Made by a program: the position numbers and the translations under genes. This document shows, one piece after another, positions 60,341 to 64,000 of a stretch of 64,000 bases of DNA. How positions within the stretch are numbered: position 1 is the first letter of the stretch; the number at the start of each line of letters is the position of its first letter. This stretch comes from Candidatus Latescibacterota bacterium (lineage in GTDB: Bacteria > Latescibacterota > UBA2968 > UBA8231): positions 4,448,001-4,512,000 of the forward strand of contig CBDETY010000003.1 in assembly GCA_965243025.1 (NCBI GenBank), in the 5' to 3' direction. The notes beneath the pieces were generated by a model. The model was given only the letters and a program-made list of their open reading frames with translations. It was not told where the DNA came from and made no database searches.

Positions 60341-60802
60341 ATGAAATCCGGAACAAAGCGAGCAGTTTGCCTCCTGCCCCTCGGACTCGCCGCGGTGCTG
60401 CTGTCCTCGGGGTGCTCCGGGGAGGATTCCCCGGCAGGCCCTGCCGGCCCCGCCGGCGGCGAGGACGGCGACGGCGGTCAGCCGGTGACCCTGGCCCGCC
60501 TCAGCGAGGAGATCTTCACCCCTCGATGCGCCACCTCCGGCTGCCACGCGGGAAACAACCCGGCGGCCAACCTGCCGCTCGGGGCCCAGGACATCGCCGC
60601 AGCCATCGTCGACGTGCCCAGCGCCGCCAAGCCGGACTACAAGCTCGTCGCGCCGGGCGACCCGATGAACTCCTACCTGTTGATGAAGATGCGCGGAGAC
60701 GAGGGGATAGCCGGCGACCGCATGCCCCCGGCGAGGGCCCTCGAAGCGGAGCAGATCGCCCTGGTCGAAGCCTGGGTCGAAGCCGGAGCCCCGGTCGAGT
60801 AG
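60341..60802 (+). CDS. Lipoprotein with probable single c-type heme (CxxxxCH)
   Basis: LSSGC lipobox, IFTPRCATSGCH, PGDP.NSYL, RMPP, WVEAGA. Confidence 0.7.
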   Translation: MKSGTKRAVCLLPLGLAAVLLSSGCSGEDSPAGPAGPAGGEDGDGGQPVTLARLSEEIFTPRCATSGCHAGNNPAANLPLGAQDIAAAIVDVPSAAKPDYKLVAPGDPMNSYLLMKMRGDEGIAGDRMPPARALEAEQIALVEAWVEAGAPVE

Positions 60803-61202
60803 CCGGGTCCCGGAGCGGATCCGGAAGCGGATCCATCCCCGCCGCGGCCTGCGCAGGGCCTGGATAAGCCGCCGCCCGGGAAGCTGAGGGTTACCCGGAG
60901 CGAATCGGGAGAACAGGTACGGCCGGCCCGACTCACTGTTTCTGCGCACATCGTTGCCGGTTGCCCGGGAATACTCCGGAGCGACGGCCTGCCCGACTTG
61001 GTTCCCATCACAGCTGCCGCACCGGCCGCACCTTGGAACCCCGGATAAACGACCGCCGGCCCACTGGCGCGCCCCCGGAATCCCGGGAACGCCGGGCGGG
61101 CCCATCGGACTTCCGCACAGCCTGCCGCATCCCGAACGACGCTCAGGTCTGCCGCGGCGACTCCGCGGTCAGCGCACCTGCCGCTTCCCCCCGCTTCCGG
61201 GG

Positions 61203-62306
61203 TCACTCCCAGTCGTCGAACGGGTTGTTCGCGGTCGCCAGCGGCAGCGACACCCGCGCGCCGGCCATGTGCGAGGCGTGGGCCATCATCGCCATCTCGA
61301 GATAGAGGCGCGCATTCCCCAGCTGCACCAGCTCCCACTCCGGTTCCTTCCCCTCCAGCATGTCCATCATCGAGCGCGCCATGCGGTGGTGGGCCTTCAC
61401 CCACTTCTCCGCGTCGGGCGGCGGCTCGGAGGGGACCACCTCCCAGCGGTCGTCGCCGAACAGCTTCGGGCTGACCTGCGGGTGGTAGTAGATGTCCGGC
61501 TGGTTGGACATCGGCCCCGGCAGCGACAGGGTTCCCGTGGTGCCGTGGATGTCGATTCGGTAGGGCATCTCCCCGGAATCGCCGCGGTACGACTCGAAGT
61601 CCGCGGCCACCCCTGACGGAAACTGGTAGTAGGCCCTGATGCCGTCGCCGGCGACCAGGCCCATGCCCTCGTCCCCCGGCTCGAGGTCGGCCGGCACCGC
61701 GTCCCGCCCCCCTTCCGTCAGGTGGGCGTGGCACCACAGCGGCTCCCCGAACAGCTGCCAGAGGAAATCGAAGAAGTGGGGGTAGAGGTCGAGGAAGAGC
61801 TGGTCGCCGCCGTGCCTGCCGTTCATGCCGTGGACCCGGCACAGCCGCGGCTCGCCGATCTTCCCGCCGGACCGGATCATCGGGATGGCGACCCGCTGGA
61901 TCGGCGGATGGCCGCGCCAGGGATGGGCGACGACGCACAGCACCCCCGCCTTTTCGCAGGCCGCCGTCATGCGGTCGACCTCGGCGGGAGAGGCGGCCAC
62001 CGGCTTTTCGAGGTAGATGTTGCAGCCGGCCTCGGCGGCGTCGAGCACGAGCTGGCAGTGGTCGCCGATCTCGCGCGAGGCGAGGACGGCGATGTCCGGT
62101 TCTTCCGCGGCGAGCATCTCGCGGTAGTCGGCGTAGCCCGCCCCGGCGCCGGTCCTGTCCAGCGCCGCGGCCCTGCCCTCCCCGTCGGGGTCGGCGAGGG
62201 CGGCTATGCGCGCCCCCTCGACGCCGACGAACCCCATGTCGAGGCCGTGCCCGTAGTTGCCGCGGCCGGTGTGTCCGACGATTGCGATGCTGAACGTTTT
62301 CGACAT
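61203..62306 (-). CDS. Gfo/Idh/MocA oxidoreductase
   Basis: GHTGRGNYGH, YADYREML, YLEKP. Confidence 0.88.
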   Translation of the reverse strand: MSKTFSIAIVGHTGRGNYGHGLDMGFVGVEGARIAALADPDGEGRAAALDRTGAGAGYADYREMLAAEEPDIAVLASREIGDHCQLVLDAAEAGCNIYLEKPVAASPAEVDRMTAACEKAGVLCVVAHPWRGHPPIQRVAIPMIRSGGKIGEPRLCRVHGMNGRHGGDQLFLDLYPHFFDFLWQLFGEPLWCHAHLTEGGRDAVPADLEPGDEGMGLVAGDGIRAYYQFPSGVAADFESYRGDSGEMPYRIDIHGTTGTLSLPGPMSNQPDIYYHPQVSPKLFGDDRWEVVPSEPPPDAEKWVKAHHRMARSMMDMLEGKEPEWELVQLGNARLYLEMAMMAHASHMAGARVSLPLATANNPFDDWE

Positions 62307-62309
62307 CTG

Positions 62310-63365
62310 CTATTCCCTTCCCTTGAAATCCGCCAGGGCAGCCAGCAGGGCCTTGATGTAGCCGACGGCGTACGCCAGCCCCTGGTGCGACACCTGCCTG
62401 CTCGCCGGGTTCATGTTGTCGGCCCAGTCCCCCTCGAGGATCGGAATGTGGTCGGGGTTGACGCAGCCGTCGAACCCGACCCGGTCCAGTGCGAGCAGGA
62501 TCCTGGACATGTTCATGTCGCCGTCGTCGAGGCCGGTCTCCTCGTACGCCCGCGCCGTGGCCAGCGACGCCCGGACGTTGCGGAAGTGCACGGTGAAGAT
62601 GCGCCCCTTGCGGCCGTAGTTCTCGATCTCGTCGAGCACCAGCGGCAGGCCGCCGGCCTCGGCGCGGGTGCCGCAGCAGTAGAGGTAGCCGACCTGTCTG
62701 CCGGGAAAGCAGTCGATGATGCGGTGGAAGCCGAGCCCGCCGAACGGGGTGTCGGGCATCGGGATGTCGCTGGGGTGCATGGCGAGCCTTATCCCGGTTT
62801 CACCGGCGACGGGGACGAGCCGCCCGTAGACGCGGCAGAAGTGTTCCCACCAGTCGTCGAGGGCCTCCCTGCCGGGCGGTTCCGTGCTGGCGCCGTCCCA
62901 GACGTGCACCCTCCGGCTCCTCAGCTCCTGCTCCGACAGCTGGTGGGCGCGTCCTCCCAGGACCGTATCCCCGGCCCCGAGGTAGCCGCCCCGGTGCACC
63001 GACCTGTAGTGGCGGAGCAGGTGGTTGAAGGTGTCCCCCTCGCAGCGCTGGCGGGCGATCGGAGCCCCGGCCTCGGCGAAGACGGCCAGCGCCGCGGCGC
63101 TGTTTTCCAGCTCGCGCTCCGCACCGTCGCGGTCGAGGAAGAACGCCTCGGTGATGTCCGGCAGGGTTACCCGGTTCCAGTCCATGCCCCAGGACCGCAG
63201 CCGGCGGCGGATGCGGACCAGCTCGTCGAGATCGGGGTAGCCCTGTTCCCTCACCCCGGGAAACCAGTCTCCGCTGCCGAAATCGATGCAGTCGACCCCG
63301 AGCTGGGACATCTTGCGCAGATAGCTCTCGGAAAGCCCGGGGTCGTGTCCCACAGATACGCGCAT
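62310..63365 (-). CDS. Mannonate dehydratase (UxuA)-like protein
   Basis: PVAGETGIRLAMHPSD, VHFRNV, DDGDMNM, PDHIP, AYAVGYIKAL. Confidence 0.82.
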   Translation of the reverse strand: MRVSVGHDPGLSESYLRKMSQLGVDCIDFGSGDWFPGVREQGYPDLDELVRIRRRLRSWGMDWNRVTLPDITEAFFLDRDGAERELENSAAALAVFAEAGAPIARQRCEGDTFNHLLRHYRSVHRGGYLGAGDTVLGGRAHQLSEQELRSRRVHVWDGASTEPPGREALDDWWEHFCRVYGRLVPVAGETGIRLAMHPSDIPMPDTPFGGLGFHRIIDCFPGRQVGYLYCCGTRAEAGGLPLVLDEIENYGRKGRIFTVHFRNVRASLATARAYEETGLDDGDMNMSRILLALDRVGFDGCVNPDHIPILEGDWADNMNPASRQVSHQGLAYAVGYIKALLAALADFKGRE

Positions 63366-63436
63366 TCTCTTCTCCCTGACAGCCAATGCTACGATATTCG
63401 GCAGCCCCGACAACCTAGTGTAACCGCCACACGACG

Positions 63437-64000
63437 ATGATCACCCTCGCCGACCTCCAGGAAGCCGGAGACCGCATCCGGGGCGTGGTGCTGCGCACCC
63501 CGCTGGTCCCCCTCCGCGACACGCCGTCAGGGCCGCTGCACCTGAAAGCCGAGAACCTGCAGCCCGTGGGGGCCTTCAAGCTGCGCGGGGCGTACAACAA
63601 GATCGCCTCGCTGTCGGCGGAGGAGAAAGGGCGCGGGGTCATCGCCTTCTCCAGCGGCAACCACGCCCAGGGTGTCGCGCACGCGGCGCGGGCCCTCGGG
63701 GTGAAGGCGACGATCGCCATGCCGGCGATCGCCCCGGAGGTCAAGAAGCGGAAGACGCGCCAGCTCGGCGCCGAGGTCGTCGAACTCGCCGAGGGGTCTG
63801 AGGAGGACTGGCGAGTTGCGGCCGAGGAGATGGCGGCCGAACACGGGTACGCGATGGTGCCCCCCTTCGACGACGAGACCATCATCGCCGGGGCGGGGAC
63901 CGTCGGCCTCGAGATCTGCGAGGACCTGCCGCAGGCCGATCTCGTGCTCGCCCCCATCGGCGGCGGCGGGCTGCTCAGCGGGGTGGCCGCCGCGGTCAAG
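63437..64000 (+). CDS. Threonine/serine dehydratase (PLP), runs off the window
   Basis: Manual translation: RTPL, LKAENLQPVGAFKLRGAYN, SSGNHAQG, PPFDD, GAGTVGLEI, PIGGGGL. Confidence 0.9.
   Translation, partial: MITLADLQEAGDRIRGVVLRTPLVPLRDTPSGPLHLKAENLQPVGAFKLRGAYNKIASLSAEEKGRGVIAFSSGNHAQGVAHAARALGVKATIAMPAIAPEVKKRKTRQLGAEVVELAEGSEEDWRVAAEEMAAEHGYAMVPPFDDETIIAGAGTVGLEICEDLPQADLVLAPIGGGGLLSGVAAAVK

Overview
High-GC bacterial chromosomal window, densely coding. The gene repertoire (sulfatase, PhyH dioxygenases, sialidase, Gfo/Idh/MocA, DUF4159/DUF6785, FG-GAP proteins) suggests an FCB/PVC-type environmental or host-associated organism such as Latescibacterota or Gemmatimonadota; this is inference only. 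Contents in order: (1) a first glycosylation cluster and an ABC pair (0.4-9.5 kb); (2) an aromatic amino acid supra-operon trpE-trpG-trpD-trpC-trpS-chorismate mutase-tyrA-aroA-like-small ORF-aroE-argS-aroK-aroB-rimO (9.5-24 kb), headed by a near-consensus sigma70 promoter and a complete Trp-leader attenuator; (3) a second surface polysaccharide cluster (26.9-39 kb); (4) an intergenic DnaA-box cluster at 40.7 kb; (5) a membrane-anchored pentaheme cytochrome-TPR protein paired with an FG-GAP/ASPIC-UnbV lipoprotein; (6) a variable, partly AT-rich island (47.8-50.9 kb) with a 25-aa toxin-like peptide gene, a multiply frameshifted deacetylase pseudogene and a methyltransferase plus small PvuII-like nuclease; (7) assorted catabolic genes. 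The most unusual signals are a full-length AroA homologue that has lost most catalytic motifs, the PvuII-like nuclease/MTase pair, the toxin-like peptide locus, the orphan DnaA-box cluster and two MITE-like structured elements sharing an internal core. No rRNA, tRNA, CRISPR array or transposase was recognised.
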